Part shown: piece by piece, positions 51,425-64,000 of the stretch
Position numbering within the stretch: the stretch's first letter is position 1
Layout of the letters: every line of letters begins with the position of its first letter
NCBI RefSeq assembly: GCF_051903065.1
Contig: NZ_CP178438.1
DNA length: 64,000 nt
Direction: 5' to 3' (one strand)
Origin: Escherichia coli
GTDB taxonomy: Bacteria > Pseudomonadota > Gammaproteobacteria > Enterobacterales > Enterobacteriaceae
Translations under genes and position numbers: made by a program
Notes under the pieces: model-generated
Databases searched by the model: none
Seen by the model: the letters and a program-made list of their open reading frames with translations, nothing else
What the model was told of the DNA's origin: nothing

Positions 51425-51525
51425 CATCATGCCTGATGCGACGCTTGCCGCGTCTTATCAGGCCTACAAAATGTGCCAGAACCGCGTAGGGCGGATAAGG
51501 CGTTCACGCCGCATCCGGCAATAAG
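51425..51525. repeat. REP/BIME cluster (two REP units)
   Basis: catgcctgatgcgacgcttgccgcgtcttatcaggcctac and gtagggcggataaggcgttcacgccgcatccggca between mak and araJ. Confidence 0.85.
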
Positions 51526-51547
51526 CAACGCGCTCCGTGACTGCAAT

Positions 51548-52732
51548 CTACCCCAGAGGTTTCGCCAGCACCGGAGTATCCGCCGCTTGCTGGCGCTTAT
51601 AGCGACCATACAGCAGCAATGATGACATCGCAGCAAACGAAAGCAGGGCGGCAGGCAGCGCCACGTAATTATATGCCAGCCCCAGCGTCAGCATCATACC
51701 TCCGCAATATGCGCCGACGGCGCTACCGAGGTTAAACGCTATTTGCCCACCTGCGGCACCTAATAACTCTCCGCCTTTGGCATTTTGCAGTAACAATATT
51801 TGCAGAGGTGCTGAAAGGGCAAATAATCCCGCGCAACAAATAAAAGCAAAAATAAGCGACGTTGTTTTCATGCCGCCGCAGAAAAAGAGCATCAGCAGTG
51901 CCAGTACAATGATAAAGTCAGTCACTGCTGCAATGCGCAGTGGTGAATAACGTCCTGAAATCCTGCCACTTAGCATATTTCCCAGCACCATCCCTAGCCC
52001 AACTAACATCATAATAAAGGTCATCGCCGTTTCCGAAAAACCGGAAATAAACATCATGTATGGCTTTACGTAGCTGAACCAGGCAAATACACCTGCGTTG
52101 CCAAACATGGTGGCGGCGAAAATTAACCACGGGGCCGGGCTGCGCAAAAAGTGAAATTGTTCGCGCAGCTTTCCTTTCGCCTCGTCGCGAATATCCGGCA
52201 CCCAAAAATAGACCGATGCCATCACCGCAATATTAAAAACAGCGATCAATAAAAAGGTGTAACGCCAGCTAAATTCCTGACTTAAATACGTTCCCAGCGG
52301 AATGCCCAGCAAATTGGCGACTGTCATCCCGGAAACCATCCCCGCCACGGCGGCGGTGACTTTTCCGGGTTTGATAATTTTTGATAACACGATCGCTCCG
52401 ACGCCAAAAAATGCGCCATGCGGAAAGCCGGAAACCAGGCGACCAATGGCAAGCATCAGGTAAGACGAAGAGAGCGTGAACATGGCGTTGCCAATGACGC
52501 ACAACGCCACCAGAAACAACAAGATATGTTTGAGTGAGTAGCGGCTGGAAAAGAGTGCGATTATTGGCGCACCGACCACCACCCCCAGCGCATAATACGA
52601 GATCATATGCCCGGCAGCAGGAATCGAAATTCCTACGTTATGCGCCAGCTCCGTGAGCACGCCCATAATGCCAAATTCGGCCATCCCCAAACCAAACGTG
52701 CCCAGAGCCAAAGATAAAATGACTTTTTTCAT
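51548..52732 (-). CDS. araJ: MFS transporter AraJ
   Basis: 394-aa product from the ATG at 52732 (MKKVILSLALGTFGLGMAEFGIMGVLTELAHNVG...); the ORF track extends to 52861. Confidence 0.92.
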   Translation of the reverse strand: MKKVILSLALGTFGLGMAEFGIMGVLTELAHNVGISIPAAGHMISYYALGVVVGAPIIALFSSRYSLKHILLFLVALCVIGNAMFTLSSSYLMLAIGRLVSGFPHGAFFGVGAIVLSKIIKPGKVTAAVAGMVSGMTVANLLGIPLGTYLSQEFSWRYTFLLIAVFNIAVMASVYFWVPDIRDEAKGKLREQFHFLRSPAPWLIFAATMFGNAGVFAWFSYVKPYMMFISGFSETAMTFIMMLVGLGMVLGNMLSGRISGRYSPLRIAAVTDFIIVLALLMLFFCGGMKTTSLIFAFICCAGLFALSAPLQILLLQNAKGGELLGAAGGQIAFNLGSAVGAYCGGMMLTLGLAYNYVALPAALLSFAAMSSLLLYGRYKRQQAADTPVLAKPLG

Positions 52733-52857
52733 ACCACCATCACAACCACCAGAACGGCTACCAATCACCGTAGCCAATAAAGTGATAGCTTGCAGGATAA
52801 CGACCAGCAAGGCCAAGAGATAATTCGCCCCTCTGTATTCATTATTCTGCTGAATAG

Positions 52858-55800
52858 TCATTTCACCGCAAACGCGCTTTCCAGTTTGCTGTAGCCCAGA
52901 CCGTTGATCTTTTTCACTTTGATCTGCACCGGAATACGCTCTTTCATCGCTTCTACGTGGCTAATCACACCGATGGTTTTGCCACTGGCGTTCAGGGCAT
53001 CCAGCGCATCAAGGGCGGTATCCAGCGTTTCGCTATCCAGCGTGCCAAAACCTTCATCAAGGAACAGCGAGTCAATACGTGTTTTATGGCTGACCAGATC
53101 CGAAAGCGCCAGCGCCAGCGCCAGACTAACGAGGAAACTTTCGCCGCCGGAAAGGGTACGGGTATCGCGTACCGCATCTGCCTGCCAGGTATCAACAACC
53201 TCGACTTCCAGCGCCTCGCTGGCTTTGCGCTGTAACAGATAGCGCCCGTGCAGCCGGGTAAGTTGCTGATTAGCGAGATGGACTAAATTATCCAGCGTCA
53301 GCCCCTGGGCAAACTTGCGGAATTTATCGCCCTCTTTGGAACCTATTAGCGAATTCAGATATCCCCAGTCCTCAACCTGCTGCGTCATTTGAGCAATTTG
53401 CTGCATTAAGGTTTGTTGTTGCTGACGGTTATCTGCATCTTGCTTCAGCTGCTGGCGAATCTCGCCTTGACTCGTGGTGTTTTCACGCAACTTTTGGTGA
53501 GTTTGCGCTAACTCTTGCTGAATCTGCTCCACCGTCACAGTGAGAGCCAACCCGTCAGGTCGGTGTTGCTGATGCTGTGCCAGCGTTTCTGCTGTCTGAG
53601 TGACCAGCGTTTGCGCCTGACGGCGCTGGTTTTCCAGATTCTGCTTGAGCTGTTCCAGCTGCGTTAGTGTTTGTTCATCCATTAGCGCCGCAAGGAACGC
53701 CTGCTGATCGTCAAAGACGCTGGCCTGTAGCGCGGTGTCAAACTGCGCCTGGGCTTTTTGCAGACTTTGCGCCGCCAGAACGTCCTGTTGCTGTAATGTC
53801 TGCTGCTGGCTGTGTAATGCGAGACATTGTTCATGTACCTGCCGCCAGTTTTCCAGTACCACAGTTTCTTCGCAGTGCGGGAGTTCATCACTTTGCGGCA
53901 GCGTTTCCAGAATTGGCGTCAACTGCTGAATACGGTTTTGCAACTCGGTTAATTCGTTCTGGCGTAGTTGCCAGCTATGGGCTTCTTGCTGGCGCGCCGA
54001 CAACCAGCTCTCTTCTTCATCTTCCTGTGGCACTGTCAGTGCATAACCCGCCAATGCCGTTAAGAGCTGCTGCTGGCGTTGTTCAATTTGCTGTTGATAC
54101 TGGATAATTTGCTGATTATGCGCGGCAATCTGCCCTTGTAATTCATGTCGTTGGCTGAGTAACCGCAGCTGGCGTTCGTGCTCATCTTGTGCATCCAGCC
54201 ACGGTTGAATATCGTCCTGTGGCTGCAACGTGATATTGAGGCTGGCCGTGACGGCTTGCCATTGTTGAGTAAGTGCTTGCTCATCTTGTCGGAGGCTTTG
54301 CGCTTCGTTTTCATCACGCTGAAGCTGCTTTGTTAAGGCGTCCAGTTGCCCACGTAGCGTCGCACCTTCTTCACCGAGCTTTTTAACTTCGTTTTCCAGC
54401 GCCAGTAATCGAGACTGATTAACACCAGGCTCCAGCGCCTGATACGCCTCGACCGCCGGGTGGCTGGTGGAACCACAAAGTGGGCAAGGCTGACCCGCCT
54501 GTAACTGTGCACGTTGAGCTTCCAGCGTTTTGATGCGCGCTTCCTGCTCGCAAATGGTTTTGACATCGGCAAGTTGCTGCGTCTTTTCTTTATAACGCTG
54601 GCGCATTTCGTTAAGTGCGGCATTACGTTGCGTCTGTTCCAGAGTGACATTCTGGATAGTGACCATTAACTGCGCCAGACGTTTTTGTTGGGGAACAATC
54701 TGCCCATGCAGCGCGACCAGGCGCTGACGCAGTGGGCGTTGCTCGGCATGTTGCGCCAGGGCGCTAGCAACTTCATCGGCGGTTAACGTCAACGTGATCG
54801 CCGCAAGCGTATTAAGTTTTTGCTCAGCATGGGTTAACTGTTGCTGCCATTGCCGCAGATGCTCGCGATCGCTGGTTTGTTGGGAGAACTGCGCACGCCA
54901 ACCCGCCAGTTCGTTGTTCCACTGACGGAAGCGGTCGTGTTCCTGTAACCAGGTATTCAGGCTTTGTTGCTGCTGCTGTAATTCTGCTGACTGCTTCGCC
55001 GCGTGGTGGCGAATGCTCGCGCGAAGCGCCATTGTGCTCTGTAAGCGAGTATTTACTTCTTCAATCTGCTGGCGAGTATGCGCCAGCGCCGCGCTGTGTT
55101 CTGCGATGCGTTCCCAGTGCGGACGAAGATTTCGTGCCGGTTGTGCCAGACTGAGCGCCGCCAGTTGAGGTTGCGCTTTTTCTTCTTCGGCTAACGCCTG
55201 TTGCAAGGCCTGCTGACGGCGGCTGGCTTCTTGCTGCAATTCGTCCAGACGCGTTAACCAGTTTAGTGATTGTTGTTCTTGCTGCTGCGCGGTAATTAAC
55301 TGTTTTTCTTCGTCAGTAAGTACCTGCAAACTCGCTGTCAGCGATTGCACTTGTTCTGGCGTGAGCAACGCGACGCCGCTGGCCTGCGCTTGCAGCTTCT
55401 CCAGCTCAGTGCGGGCCGATTTGTGCTGCTCAAAAACCATCGCCGAGATTTGCCCGTAGATTTCAGTGCCGGTTAACTCCTCGAGCAATTCCGCGCGTTC
55501 TTTGGGTTTGGCATTCAGGAAGGCAGCAAATTGCCCCTGCGAAAGCAGCATCGAACGGGTGAAGCGCCCGTAATCCAGCCCGGTTAACGTCGCTGTCAGT
55601 TCCAGCTTATCTTTCACTTTGTCGGCGAGAATTTTGCCGTCGGCGCAGCGCGCCAGCTCTACGCGTGGCACCTGCAAATTACCGTCGGGTTGGTTACGCG
55701 CCCGATTCTGGCTCCAGAACGCGCGATACGCTTCACCTTTCACTTCAAACTCCACCTCCGCCAGACATTCGGCGGTATCGCGGGTCATGAGATCATTTTG

Positions 55801-56001
55801 CGATTGTGAAACGTTAGAGAGACGCGGAGTTTCGTGATACAGCGCCAGACAAATGGCGTCCAGCAGGGTGGTTTTCCCCGCACCGGTTGGGCCGGTAATG
55901 GCAAACAGCCCGTTGCTGGCGAACGGCTCGCGGGTGAAATCAATCTTCCATTCGCCTTTTAATGAGTTCAGGTTTTTCAGGCGCAGGCTGAGAATTTTCA
56001 T
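52858..56001 (-). CDS. sbcC: DNA repair exonuclease SbcC (SMC-like ATPase subunit of SbcCD)
   Basis: 1047-aa ORF with N-terminal Walker A (GPTGAGKTT), long Gln-rich coiled coil, CxxC hook (CPLCGS) and C-terminal signature/Walker B ([26 protein letters not shown]). Confidence 0.95.
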   Translation of the reverse strand: MKILSLRLKNLNSLKGEWKIDFTREPFASNGLFAITGPTGAGKTTLLDAICLALYHETPRLSNVSQSQNDLMTRDTAECLAEVEFEVKGEAYRAFWSQNRARNQPDGNLQVPRVELARCADGKILADKVKDKLELTATLTGLDYGRFTRSMLLSQGQFAAFLNAKPKERAELLEELTGTEIYGQISAMVFEQHKSARTELEKLQAQASGVALLTPEQVQSLTASLQVLTDEEKQLITAQQQEQQSLNWLTRLDELQQEASRRQQALQQALAEEEKAQPQLAALSLAQPARNLRPHWERIAEHSAALAHTRQQIEEVNTRLQSTMALRASIRHHAAKQSAELQQQQQSLNTWLQEHDRFRQWNNELAGWRAQFSQQTSDREHLRQWQQQLTHAEQKLNTLAAITLTLTADEVASALAQHAEQRPLRQRLVALHGQIVPQQKRLAQLMVTIQNVTLEQTQRNAALNEMRQRYKEKTQQLADVKTICEQEARIKTLEAQRAQLQAGQPCPLCGSTSHPAVEAYQALEPGVNQSRLLALENEVKKLGEEGATLRGQLDALTKQLQRDENEAQSLRQDEQALTQQWQAVTASLNITLQPQDDIQPWLDAQDEHERQLRLLSQRHELQGQIAAHNQQIIQYQQQIEQRQQQLLTALAGYALTVPQEDEEESWLSARQQEAHSWQLRQNELTELQNRIQQLTPILETLPQSDELPHCEETVVLENWRQVHEQCLALHSQQQTLQQQDVLAAQSLQKAQAQFDTALQASVFDDQQAFLAALMDEQTLTQLEQLKQNLENQRRQAQTLVTQTAETLAQHQQHRPDGLALTVTVEQIQQELAQTHQKLRENTTSQGEIRQQLKQDADNRQQQQTLMQQIAQMTQQVEDWGYLNSLIGSKEGDKFRKFAQGLTLDNLVHLANQQLTRLHGRYLLQRKASEALEVEVVDTWQADAVRDTRTLSGGESFLVSLALALALSDLVSHKTRIDSLFLDEGFGTLDSETLDTALDALDALNASGKTIGVISHVEAMKERIPVQIKVKKINGLGYSKLESAFAVK

Positions 56002-57200
56002 GCTTCGTGTTCTCCGGCGAGGGTATGCAACGTCGTGGTGAAAAGATGCTGCAGACGTTGCTGCTGCGATTCATCCAGTTCTTCCAGTGCCAGACGGCGA
56101 TTGAACACCTCTTCGACGCTGAGTTCGCTGAGGGTTTCACGCTGTTGGCTGGCTAACACACGCTCGCGCTGTTCACGACTCCGGCGTACCAGCAATACTT
56201 CAACAGGCAATGATTCGGTTAATGCCTGGATTTTGCGCTGAATATCATGCAGATACTCATCAGTAGTGATTTCGATATCCAGCCAGACAGGCGGCTCCTG
56301 TGATACATCGCGCCACTGTTCCAGCTGTGCGGTAATCGACGCCAGATCGCCTTTCAGTACCGCCATGGGTTGCGTTACCGGTACGTTCAGGTTTTCCACG
56401 CTCTCTAATTTGCCGTTTGAAAATGTCACCAGATGGACATATTTACTCTTTCCGCATTCATCAAAACTCAGTGGAATGGGGGAGCCGCAATAGCGAACAT
56501 GTTCCATGCCGCCAATAATCTGTGCGCGGTGAATATGCCCGAGCGCGATGTAGTCGGCTGGTGGAAAGTTTTGTGCCGGAAACGCGTCCAGCGTGCCAAT
56601 ATAAATGTCACGCACGGCGTCACTTTTACTGGCCCCCACGGTCGTTAAATGTCCCGTGGCGATGATGGGCAGAGGCTGATCGCCGCGCAGTTTGCAGGCA
56701 TCGGCATAGTGTTGTTGGTAATAATCGGTAATCGCTGCCAGTAAATGCTGCTGTTTTTCAATACCGTTAAGCCCCGCCTGGCTGGTAATAATGTCACGCG
56801 GACGTAAAAACGGAATGGGGCACAGCACTACGCCTGGCGTCCCGTCGCGACGAGGCAAGATTTGCGGCGCATGTCCGGCGCTGGCGACCACGGTCGTATT
56901 GAGGAACGCCATGATATCGCGCGATTCATTCAGCGTGGCGACCGAGTCATGGTTTCCTGCCAGTACCACCAGATGACAGCCAGTTTGCTGTAAATTGACA
57001 ACAAAACGGTTGTATAACGTGCGGGCGTAACTGGGCGGCGAGCCGGTATCGAAAACATCACCAGCAACAATAATCGCATCCACCTGATGGGTTTGTGCTG
57101 TCTCCAGCAGCCAGTCAAGAAAAGCCTGATGTTCAGCTTCGCGGCTTTTACTGTAGAAGTTCTGGCCGAGATGCCAGTCTGAGGTGTGAAGAATGCGCAT
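55998..57200 (-). CDS. sbcD: DNA repair nuclease SbcD (Mre11-like phosphoesterase)
   Basis: 400-aa product from the ATG at 57200 ([31 protein letters not shown]...); 4-bp overlap with sbcC. Confidence 0.95.
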   Translation of the reverse strand: MRILHTSDWHLGQNFYSKSREAEHQAFLDWLLETAQTHQVDAIIVAGDVFDTGSPPSYARTLYNRFVVNLQQTGCHLVVLAGNHDSVATLNESRDIMAFLNTTVVASAGHAPQILPRRDGTPGVVLCPIPFLRPRDIITSQAGLNGIEKQQHLLAAITDYYQQHYADACKLRGDQPLPIIATGHLTTVGASKSDAVRDIYIGTLDAFPAQNFPPADYIALGHIHRAQIIGGMEHVRYCGSPIPLSFDECGKSKYVHLVTFSNGKLESVENLNVPVTQPMAVLKGDLASITAQLEQWRDVSQEPPVWLDIEITTDEYLHDIQRKIQALTESLPVEVLLVRRSREQRERVLASQQRETLSELSVEEVFNRRLALEELDESQQQRLQHLFTTTLHTLAGEHEA

Positions 57201-57308
57201 AACGGTTCCCTGGCGAAAAAGCATGGGCGCGATTATACCCAAACAGATGTGCCATTTGCTTTTTTCTGCGCCACGGAAATCAATAACCTGAAGATATGTG
57301 CGACGAGC

Positions 57309-57339
57309 TTTTCATAAATCTGTCATAAATCTGACGCAT
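57309..57339 (+). promoter_or_regulatory. Pho boxes of the phoB promoter
   Basis: ttttcataaatctgtcataaatctgacgcat contains tandem CTGTCAT-type repeats upstream of the phoB start. Confidence 0.8.
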
Positions 57340-57389
57340 AATGACGTCGCATTAATGATCGCAACCTATTTATTACAACAGGGCAAATC

Positions 57390-58079
57390 ATGGCGAGACG
57401 TATTCTGGTCGTAGAAGATGAAGCTCCAATTCGCGAAATGGTCTGCTTCGTGCTCGAACAAAATGGCTTTCAGCCGGTCGAAGCGGAAGATTATGACAGT
57501 GCTGTGAATCAACTGAATGAACCCTGGCCGGATTTAATTCTCCTTGACTGGATGTTACCTGGCGGCTCCGGTATCCAGTTCATCAAACACCTCAAGCGCG
57601 AGTCGATGACCCGGGATATTCCAGTGGTGATGTTGACCGCCAGAGGGGAAGAAGAAGATCGCGTGCGCGGCCTTGAAACCGGCGCGGATGACTATATCAC
57701 CAAGCCGTTTTCGCCGAAGGAGCTGGTGGCGCGAATCAAAGCGGTAATGCGCCGTATTTCGCCAATGGCGGTGGAAGAGGTGATTGAGATGCAGGGATTA
57801 AGTCTCGACCCGACATCTCACCGGGTGATGGCGGGCGAAGAGCCGCTGGAGATGGGGCCGACAGAATTTAAACTGCTGCACTTTTTTATGACGCATCCTG
57901 AGCGCGTGTATAGCCGCGAGCAGCTGTTAAACCACGTCTGGGGAACTAACGTGTATGTGGAAGACCGCACGGTCGATGTCCACATTCGTCGCCTGCGTAA
58001 AGCACTGGAGCCCGGCGGGCATGACCGCATGGTGCAGACCGTGCGCGGTACAGGATATCGTTTTTCAACCCGCTTTTAA
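57390..58079 (+). CDS. phoB: phosphate regulon response regulator PhoB
   Basis: 229-aa ORF ([42 protein letters not shown]...). Confidence 0.96.
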
Positions 58080-58136
58080 CGCCTTGCTCATCGGACGCAG
58101 AGCAGGGCTTATGATTTCTTAACTGGAGTATCTTAC

Positions 58137-59432
58137 GTGCTGGAACGGCTGTCGTGGAAAAGGCTGGTGCTGGAGCTGCTACTTTGCTGCCTCCCGGCTT
58201 TCATCCTGGGTGCATTTTTTGGTTACCTGCCCTGGTTTTTGCTGGCATCGGTAACGGGACTGCTTATCTGGCATTTCTGGAATTTATTGCGCCTTTCATG
58301 GTGGCTGTGGGTGGATCGTAGTATGACCCCGCCACCGGGGCGTGGTAGCTGGGAACCGCTACTATACGGCTTACACCAGATGCAGCTGCGAAATAAAAAA
58401 CGCCGCCGTGAACTGGGCAATCTGATTAAACGCTTTCGTAGCGGCGCGGAGTCGCTGCCCGACGCAGTGGTGCTGACCACGGAAGAGGGCGGTATTTTCT
58501 GGTGTAACGGTCTGGCGCAACAGATTCTTGGTTTGCGCTGGCCGGAAGATAACGGGCAGAACATCCTTAACCTGCTGCGTTACCCGGAGTTTACGCAATA
58601 TCTGAAAACGCGTGATTTTTCTCGCCCGCTCAATCTGGTGCTCAACACCGGGCGGCATCTGGAAATTCGCGTCATGCCTTATACCCACAAACAGTTGCTG
58701 ATGGTGGCGCGTGATGTCACGCAAATGCATCAACTGGAAGGGGCGCGGCGCAACTTTTTCGCCAACGTAAGCCATGAGTTACGCACGCCATTGACCGTGT
58801 TACAGGGTTACCTGGAGATGATGGATGAGCAGCCGCTGGAAGGCGCGGTACGCGAAAAAGCGTTGCACACCATGCGCGAGCAGACCCAGCGGATGGAAGG
58901 GTTGGTGAAGCAATTGCTGACGCTGTCGAAAATAGAAGCCGCACCGACGCATTTGCTCAATGAAAAGGTTGATGTGCCGATGATGCTGCGCGTTGTTGAG
59001 CGCGAGGCTCAGACTCTGAGTCAGAAAAAACAGACATTTACCTTTGAGATAGATAACGGCCTCAAGGTGTCTGGCAACGAAGATCAGCTACGCAGTGCGA
59101 TTTCGAACCTGGTCTATAACGCCGTGAATCATACGCCGGAAGGCACGCATATCACCGTACGCTGGCAGCGAGTGCCGCACGGTGCCGAATTTAGCGTTGA
59201 AGATAACGGACCGGGCATTGCACCGGAGCATATTCCGCGCCTGACCGAGCGTTTTTATCGCGTTGATAAAGCGCGTTCCCGGCAAACCGGCGGTAGCGGA
59301 TTAGGGTTAGCGATCGTGAAACATGCGGTGAATCATCACGAAAGTCGCCTGAATATTGAGAGTACAGTAGGAAAAGGAACACGTTTCAGCTTTGTTATCC
59401 CGGAACGTTTAATTGCCAAAAACAGCGATTAA
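58137..59432 (+). CDS. phoR: phosphate regulon sensor histidine kinase PhoR
   Basis: 431-aa ORF with H-box ([19 protein letters not shown]) and ATPase motifs ([34 protein letters not shown]). Confidence 0.96.
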   Translation: MLERLSWKRLVLELLLCCLPAFILGAFFGYLPWFLLASVTGLLIWHFWNLLRLSWWLWVDRSMTPPPGRGSWEPLLYGLHQMQLRNKKRRRELGNLIKRFRSGAESLPDAVVLTTEEGGIFWCNGLAQQILGLRWPEDNGQNILNLLRYPEFTQYLKTRDFSRPLNLVLNTGRHLEIRVMPYTHKQLLMVARDVTQMHQLEGARRNFFANVSHELRTPLTVLQGYLEMMDEQPLEGAVREKALHTMREQTQRMEGLVKQLLTLSKIEAAPTHLLNEKVDVPMMLRVVEREAQTLSQKKQTFTFEIDNGLKVSGNEDQLRSAISNLVYNAVNHTPEGTHITVRWQRVPHGAEFSVEDNGPGIAPEHIPRLTERFYRVDKARSRQTGGSGLGLAIVKHAVNHHESRLNIESTVGKGTRFSFVIPERLIAKNSD

Positions 59433-59458
59433 TCCGCCTTTGTCATCTTTTATTGCCA

Positions 59459-59488
59459 TAAGCCAGCCGATGTTGGCTTATTTTCTTT
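59459..59488 (+). terminator. probable rho-independent terminator after phoR
   Basis: Hairpin taagcca...tggctta followed by ttttcttt. Confidence 0.6.
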
Positions 59489-59838
59489 GCAGTCAAAATA
59501 CGGGCGTTAGATTTTACAACGGTTGGTGATTTTTTGTTCGCATGATTAGCCATGTCTTTTTCACGGAAATAGTGTTTTATACTGGTTGGTGATTTCTTAT
59601 CGCTATATACCTCTGGTTTTTAGATCCCTCCTTGCTTTAAAACGTTATAAGCGTTTAAATTGCGCTTCAGGTGCTGTCATACTGACTGCATTAACGCGGT
59701 AAATCGAAAAACTATTCTTCGCCGCGCCTGGTTGGGAGTATTTCCCGCTAAAATTGTTTAAATATACCGCTGTATCATCCCCAGGGATTGGCACAAAAAT
59801 TTAACGTTACAACACCACATCCACAGGCAGTATGATTT

Positions 59839-61158
59839 ATGACCCATCAATTAAGATCGCGCGATATCATCGCTCTGGGCTTTATGACATTTGCGTTGTT
59901 CGTCGGCGCAGGTAACATTATTTTTCCTCCAATGGTCGGCTTACAGGCAGGCGAACACGTCTGGACTGCGGCATTCGGCTTCCTTATTACTGCCGTTGGT
60001 CTGCCGGTATTAACGGTAGTGGCGCTGGCAAAAGTTGGCGGCGGTGTTGACAGCCTCAGCACGCCAATCGGTAAAGTCGCTGGCGTACTGCTGGCAACGG
60101 TTTGTTACCTGGCGGTGGGGCCGCTTTTCGCTACGCCGCGTACAGCTACCGTTTCCTTTGAAGTGGGGATTGCGCCGCTGACGGGTGATTCCGCGCTGCC
60201 GCTGTTTATCTACAGCCTGGTCTATTTCGCTATCGTTATTCTGGTTTCGCTCTATCCGGGCAAGCTGCTGGATACCGTGGGCAACTTCCTTGCGCCGCTG
60301 AAAATTATCGCGCTGGTCATCCTGTCTGTTGCCGCGATTGTCTGGCCGGCGGGTTCTATCAGCACGGCGACTGAGGCTTATCAAAACGCTGCGTTTTCTA
60401 ACGGCTTCGTTAACGGCTATCTGACCATGGATACGCTGGGCGCAATGGTGTTTGGTATCGTTATTGTTAACGCGGCGCGTTCTCGTGGCGTTACCGAAGC
60501 GCGTCTGCTGACCCGTTATACCGTCTGGGCTGGCCTGATGGCGGGTGTTGGTCTGACTCTGCTGTACCTTGCGCTGTTCCGTCTGGGTTCAGACAGCGCG
60601 TCGCTGGTCGATCAGTCTGCAAACGGCGCTGCTATTCTGCATGCTTACGTTCAGCACACCTTTGGCGGCGGCGGTAGCTTCCTGCTGGCGGCGTTAATCT
60701 TCATCGCCTGCCTGGTAACGGCAGTTGGCCTGACCTGTGCTTGTGCAGAATTCTTTGCCCAGTACGTACCGCTCTCTTATCGTACGCTGGTGTTTATCCT
60801 CGGCGGCTTCTCGATGGTGGTTTCTAACCTCGGCTTAAGCCAGCTGATCCAGATCTCCGTACCGGTGCTGACCGCTATTTATCCGCCGTGTATCGCACTG
60901 GTTGTATTAAGTTTTACACGCTCATGGTGGCATAATTCGTCCCGCGTGATTGCTCCGCCGATGTTTATCAGCCTGCTTTTTGGTATTCTCGACGGGATCA
61001 AAGCATCTGCATTCAGCGATATCTTACCGTCCTGGGCGCAGCGTTTACCGCTGGCCGAACAAGGTCTGGCGTGGTTAATGCCAACAGTGGTGATGGTGGT
61101 TCTGGCCATTATCTGGGATCGCGCGGCAGGTCGTCAGGTGACCTCCAGCGCTCACTAA
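59839..61158 (+). CDS. brnQ: branched-chain amino acid transporter BrnQ
   Basis: 439-aa hydrophobic ORF ([40 protein letters not shown]...). Confidence 0.95.
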   Translation: MTHQLRSRDIIALGFMTFALFVGAGNIIFPPMVGLQAGEHVWTAAFGFLITAVGLPVLTVVALAKVGGGVDSLSTPIGKVAGVLLATVCYLAVGPLFATPRTATVSFEVGIAPLTGDSALPLFIYSLVYFAIVILVSLYPGKLLDTVGNFLAPLKIIALVILSVAAIVWPAGSISTATEAYQNAAFSNGFVNGYLTMDTLGAMVFGIVIVNAARSRGVTEARLLTRYTVWAGLMAGVGLTLLYLALFRLGSDSASLVDQSANGAAILHAYVQHTFGGGGSFLLAALIFIACLVTAVGLTCACAEFFAQYVPLSYRTLVFILGGFSMVVSNLGLSQLIQISVPVLTAIYPPCIALVVLSFTRSWWHNSSRVIAPPMFISLLFGILDGIKASAFSDILPSWAQRLPLAEQGLAWLMPTVVMVVLAIIWDRAAGRQVTSSAH

Positions 61159-61179
61159 ATCACTGAACATTTGTTTTAA

Positions 61180-61209
61180 CCACGGGGCTGCGATGCCCCG
61201 TGGTTTTTT
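61180..61209 (+). terminator. rho-independent terminator after brnQ
   Basis: Hairpin ccacgggg...ccccgtgg followed by tttttt. Confidence 0.85.
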
Positions 61210-61233
61210 ATTGTGTTGATGGGTTAGGAATTG

Positions 61234-62607
61234 ATGGAAAGTAAGAACAAGCTAAAGCGTGGGCTAAGTACCCGCCACATACGCTTTATGGCACTGGGTT
61301 CAGCAATTGGCACCGGGCTGTTTTACGGTTCGGCAGACGCCATCAAAATGGCCGGTCCGAGCGTGTTGTTGGCCTATATTATCGGTGGTATCGCGGCGTA
61401 TATCATTATGCGTGCGCTGGGGGAAATGTCGGTACATAACCCGGCCGCCAGCTCTTTCTCGCGTTATGCGCAGGAAAACCTCGGCCCGCTGGCAGGTTAC
61501 ATTACCGGCTGGACCTACTGCTTTGAAATCCTAATTGTCGCCATCGCCGATGTGACCGCTTTTGGTATCTATATGGGTGTCTGGTTCCCGACGGTGCCGC
61601 ACTGGATTTGGGTACTGAGCGTGGTGCTGATCATTTGCGCCGTAAACCTGATGAGCGTGAAGGTATTCGGTGAGCTGGAATTCTGGTTCTCGTTCTTTAA
61701 AGTCGCCACCATCATCATCATGATTGTCGCTGGTTTCGGCATCATCATCTGGGGGATTGGCAACGGCGGGCAACCGACCGGTATTCATAACCTGTGGAGC
61801 AACGGCGGCTTCTTCAGTAACGGCTGGCTTGGGATGGTGATGTCGTTGCAAATGGTGATGTTTGCTTACGGTGGGATCGAAATTATCGGGATTACCGCCG
61901 GTGAAGCGAAAGATCCTGAGAAATCGATACCGCGTGCGATTAACTCCGTGCCGATGCGTATTCTGGTGTTCTACGTCGGTACGCTGTTCGTCATTATGTC
62001 TATCTACCCGTGGAATCAGGTTGGCACTGCCGGTAGCCCGTTCGTGCTGACGTTCCAGCATATGGGCATTACCTTTGCCGCCAGCATTCTTAACTTTGTT
62101 GTGCTGACTGCTTCGCTGTCGGCAATTAACAGTGACGTATTTGGCGTAGGCCGTATGCTCCACGGTATGGCAGAGCAGGGCAGCGCACCGAAAATTTTCA
62201 GCAAAACGTCGCGTCGCGGTATTCCGTGGGTTACGGTGCTGGTGATGACTACCGCGCTGCTGTTTGCGGTGTATCTGAACTACATCATGCCGGAAAACGT
62301 CTTCCTGGTGATCGCTTCGCTGGCAACCTTCGCCACGGTGTGGGTGTGGATTATGATCCTGCTGTCGCAAATTGCCTTCCGTCGCCGTTTGCCGCCAGAA
62401 GAAGTTAAGGCGCTGAAATTTAAAGTGCCGGGTGGGGTAGCAACGACCATCGGCGGGCTGATTTTCCTGCTCTTTATTATTGGGTTGATTGGTTATCACC
62501 CGGATACGCGTATCTCGCTGTATGTCGGTTTCGCGTGGATTGTTGTGCTGTTGATTGGCTGGATGTTTAAACGCCGCCACGATCGTCAGCTGGCTGAAAA
62601 CCAGTAA
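61234..62607 (+). CDS. proY: proline-specific permease ProY (APC family)
   Basis: 457-aa product from the ATG at 61234 ([42 protein letters not shown]...). Confidence 0.95.
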   Translation: MESKNKLKRGLSTRHIRFMALGSAIGTGLFYGSADAIKMAGPSVLLAYIIGGIAAYIIMRALGEMSVHNPAASSFSRYAQENLGPLAGYITGWTYCFEILIVAIADVTAFGIYMGVWFPTVPHWIWVLSVVLIICAVNLMSVKVFGELEFWFSFFKVATIIIMIVAGFGIIIWGIGNGGQPTGIHNLWSNGGFFSNGWLGMVMSLQMVMFAYGGIEIIGITAGEAKDPEKSIPRAINSVPMRILVFYVGTLFVIMSIYPWNQVGTAGSPFVLTFQHMGITFAASILNFVVLTASLSAINSDVFGVGRMLHGMAEQGSAPKIFSKTSRRGIPWVTVLVMTTALLFAVYLNYIMPENVFLVIASLATFATVWVWIMILLSQIAFRRRLPPEEVKALKFKVPGGVATTIGGLIFLLFIIGLIGYHPDTRISLYVGFAWIVVLLIGWMFKRRHDRQLAENQ

Positions 62608-62765
62608 TACTTGCGTTCTGTAAGCCGGTTCAGGAGGAAATCCTGATCCGGCTATTCCGAAAGTTATCCGCCCCCGTCCTCCTCCCCCAAATATCCTTCA
62701 GATGATGAGTGATCCTGCATTAGGCTATGGCAAGGTGATCAGATTTTCATCACAGGGGAATTATG

Positions 62766-64000
62766 ATGTTAAATGCATGGCACCTGCCGGTGCCCCCATT
62801 TGTTAAACAAAGCAAAGATCAACTGCTCATTACACTGTGGCTGACGGGCGAAGACCCACCGCAGCGCATTATGCTGCGTACAGAACACGATAACGAAGAA
62901 ATGTCAGTACCGATGCATAAGCAGCGCAGTCAGCCGCAGCCTGGTGTCACCGCATGGCGGGCGGCGATCGATCTCTCCAGCGGACAACCCCGGCGGCGTT
63001 ATAGTTTCAAATTGCTGTGGCACGATCGCCAGCGTTGGTTTACACCGCAGGGCTTCAGCCGAATGCCGCCAGTACGACTGGAGCAGTTTGCCATCGATGT
63101 ACCGGATATCGGCCCACAATGGGCAGCGGATCAGATTTTTTATCAGATCTTCCCTGATCGTTTCGCCCGTAGTCTTCCTCGTGAAGCTGAACAGGATCAT
63201 GTCTATTACCATCACGCAGCCGGACAAGAGATCATATTGCGTGACTGGGATGAACCGGTCACGGCGCAGGCGGGCGGATCAACGTTCTATGGCGGCGATC
63301 TGGACGGGATAAGCGAAAAACTGCCGTATCTGAAAAAACTTGGCGTGACGGCGCTGTATCTCAATCCGGTGTTTAAAGCTCCCAGCGTACATAAATACGA
63401 TACCGAGGATTATCGCCATGTCGATCCGCAGTTTGGCGGTGATGGGGCGTTGCTGCGTTTGCGACACAATACGCAGCAGCTGGGAATGCGGCTGGTGTTG
63501 GACGGCGTGTTTAACCACAGTGGCGATTCCCATGCCTGGTTTGACAGGCACAATCGTGGCACGGGGGGGGCTTGTCACAACCCCGAATCGCCCTGGCGCG
63601 ACTGGTACTCGTTTAGTGACGATGGCACGGCGCTTGACTGGCTGGGCTATGCCAGCTTGCCGAAGCTGGATTATCAGTCGGAAAGTCTGGTGAATGAAAT
63701 TTATCGCGGGGAAGACAGTATTGTCCGCCACTGGCTGAAAGCGCCGTGGAATATGGACGGCTGGCGGCTGGATGTGGTGCATATGCTGGGGGAGGCGGGT
63801 GGGGCGCGCAATAATTTGCAGCACGTTGCCGGGATCACCGAAGCGGCGAAAGAAACCCAGCCAGAAGCGTATATAGTTGGAGAGCATTTTGGCGATGCAC
63901 GGCAATGGTTACAGGCCGATGTGGAAGATGCCGCCATGAACTATCGCGGCTTCACATTCCCGTTGTGGGGATTTCTTGCCAATACCGACATCTCTTACGA
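62766..64000 (+). CDS. malZ: maltodextrin glucosidase MalZ, 5' part only (continues beyond window end)
   Basis: Open frame to the window end beginning [37 protein letters not shown]...; an alternative ATG lies at 62763. Confidence 0.9.
   Translation, partial: MLNAWHLPVPPFVKQSKDQLLITLWLTGEDPPQRIMLRTEHDNEEMSVPMHKQRSQPQPGVTAWRAAIDLSSGQPRRRYSFKLLWHDRQRWFTPQGFSRMPPVRLEQFAIDVPDIGPQWAADQIFYQIFPDRFARSLPREAEQDHVYYHHAAGQEIILRDWDEPVTAQAGGSTFYGGDLDGISEKLPYLKKLGVTALYLNPVFKAPSVHKYDTEDYRHVDPQFGGDGALLRLRHNTQQLGMRLVLDGVFNHSGDSHAWFDRHNRGTGGACHNPESPWRDWYSFSDDGTALDWLGYASLPKLDYQSESLVNEIYRGEDSIVRHWLKAPWNMDGWRLDVVHMLGEAGGARNNLQHVAGITEAAKETQPEAYIVGEHFGDARQWLQADVEDAAMNYRGFTFPLWGFLANTDISY

Noticed and set aside
61531-62580. 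349-aa minus-strand ORF antisense to proY
   Set aside because: Overlaps a well-supported conserved permease gene on the opposite strand; no ribosome-binding site or recognisable protein features.
62608-62765. Possible MalT boxes or terminator in the proY-malZ spacer
   Set aside because: An imperfect hairpin and GGAGGA-like motifs are present, but the matches are too weak to call by eye without a motif search.

Overview
This window is an Escherichia coli chromosomal segment running from the 5' end of lacZ through lacI, the mhp operon, frmRAB, tauABCD, hemB, yaiT, ampH, sbmA, ddlA, phoA, proC, aroL, rdgC, mak, sbcCD, phoBR, brnQ and proY to the start of malZ. Gene identities were assigned by recognising the translated ORFs and gene order; no database search was run, so identities and any statement about strain differences rest on recall of the K-12 reference. 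The backbone is syntenic with K-12 but the strain is not K-12. Four regions differ from the K-12 layout as I remember it: (1) an AraC-family regulator plus MBL-fold hydrolase wedged between lacI and mhpR; (2) a six-gene, same-strand island between frmR and tauA encoding UhpA/UhpB/UhpC-like sugar-phosphate sensing proteins fused in operon with an AfuABC-like ABC transporter and no uhpT; (3) an apparently intact yaiT autotransporter; (4) between ppnP and rdgC, a large secreted repeat protein of about 759 aa split by an IS1 insertion with a perfect 9-bp target-site duplication, followed by a translationally coupled 151-aa ORF. Regions 2 and 4 are the best candidates for a poorly characterised system. 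Regulatory sites (lac operator and promoter, FrmR operator, Pho boxes, TyrR boxes), REP clusters and several terminators are also visible. No rRNA, tRNA or CRISPR array was seen.
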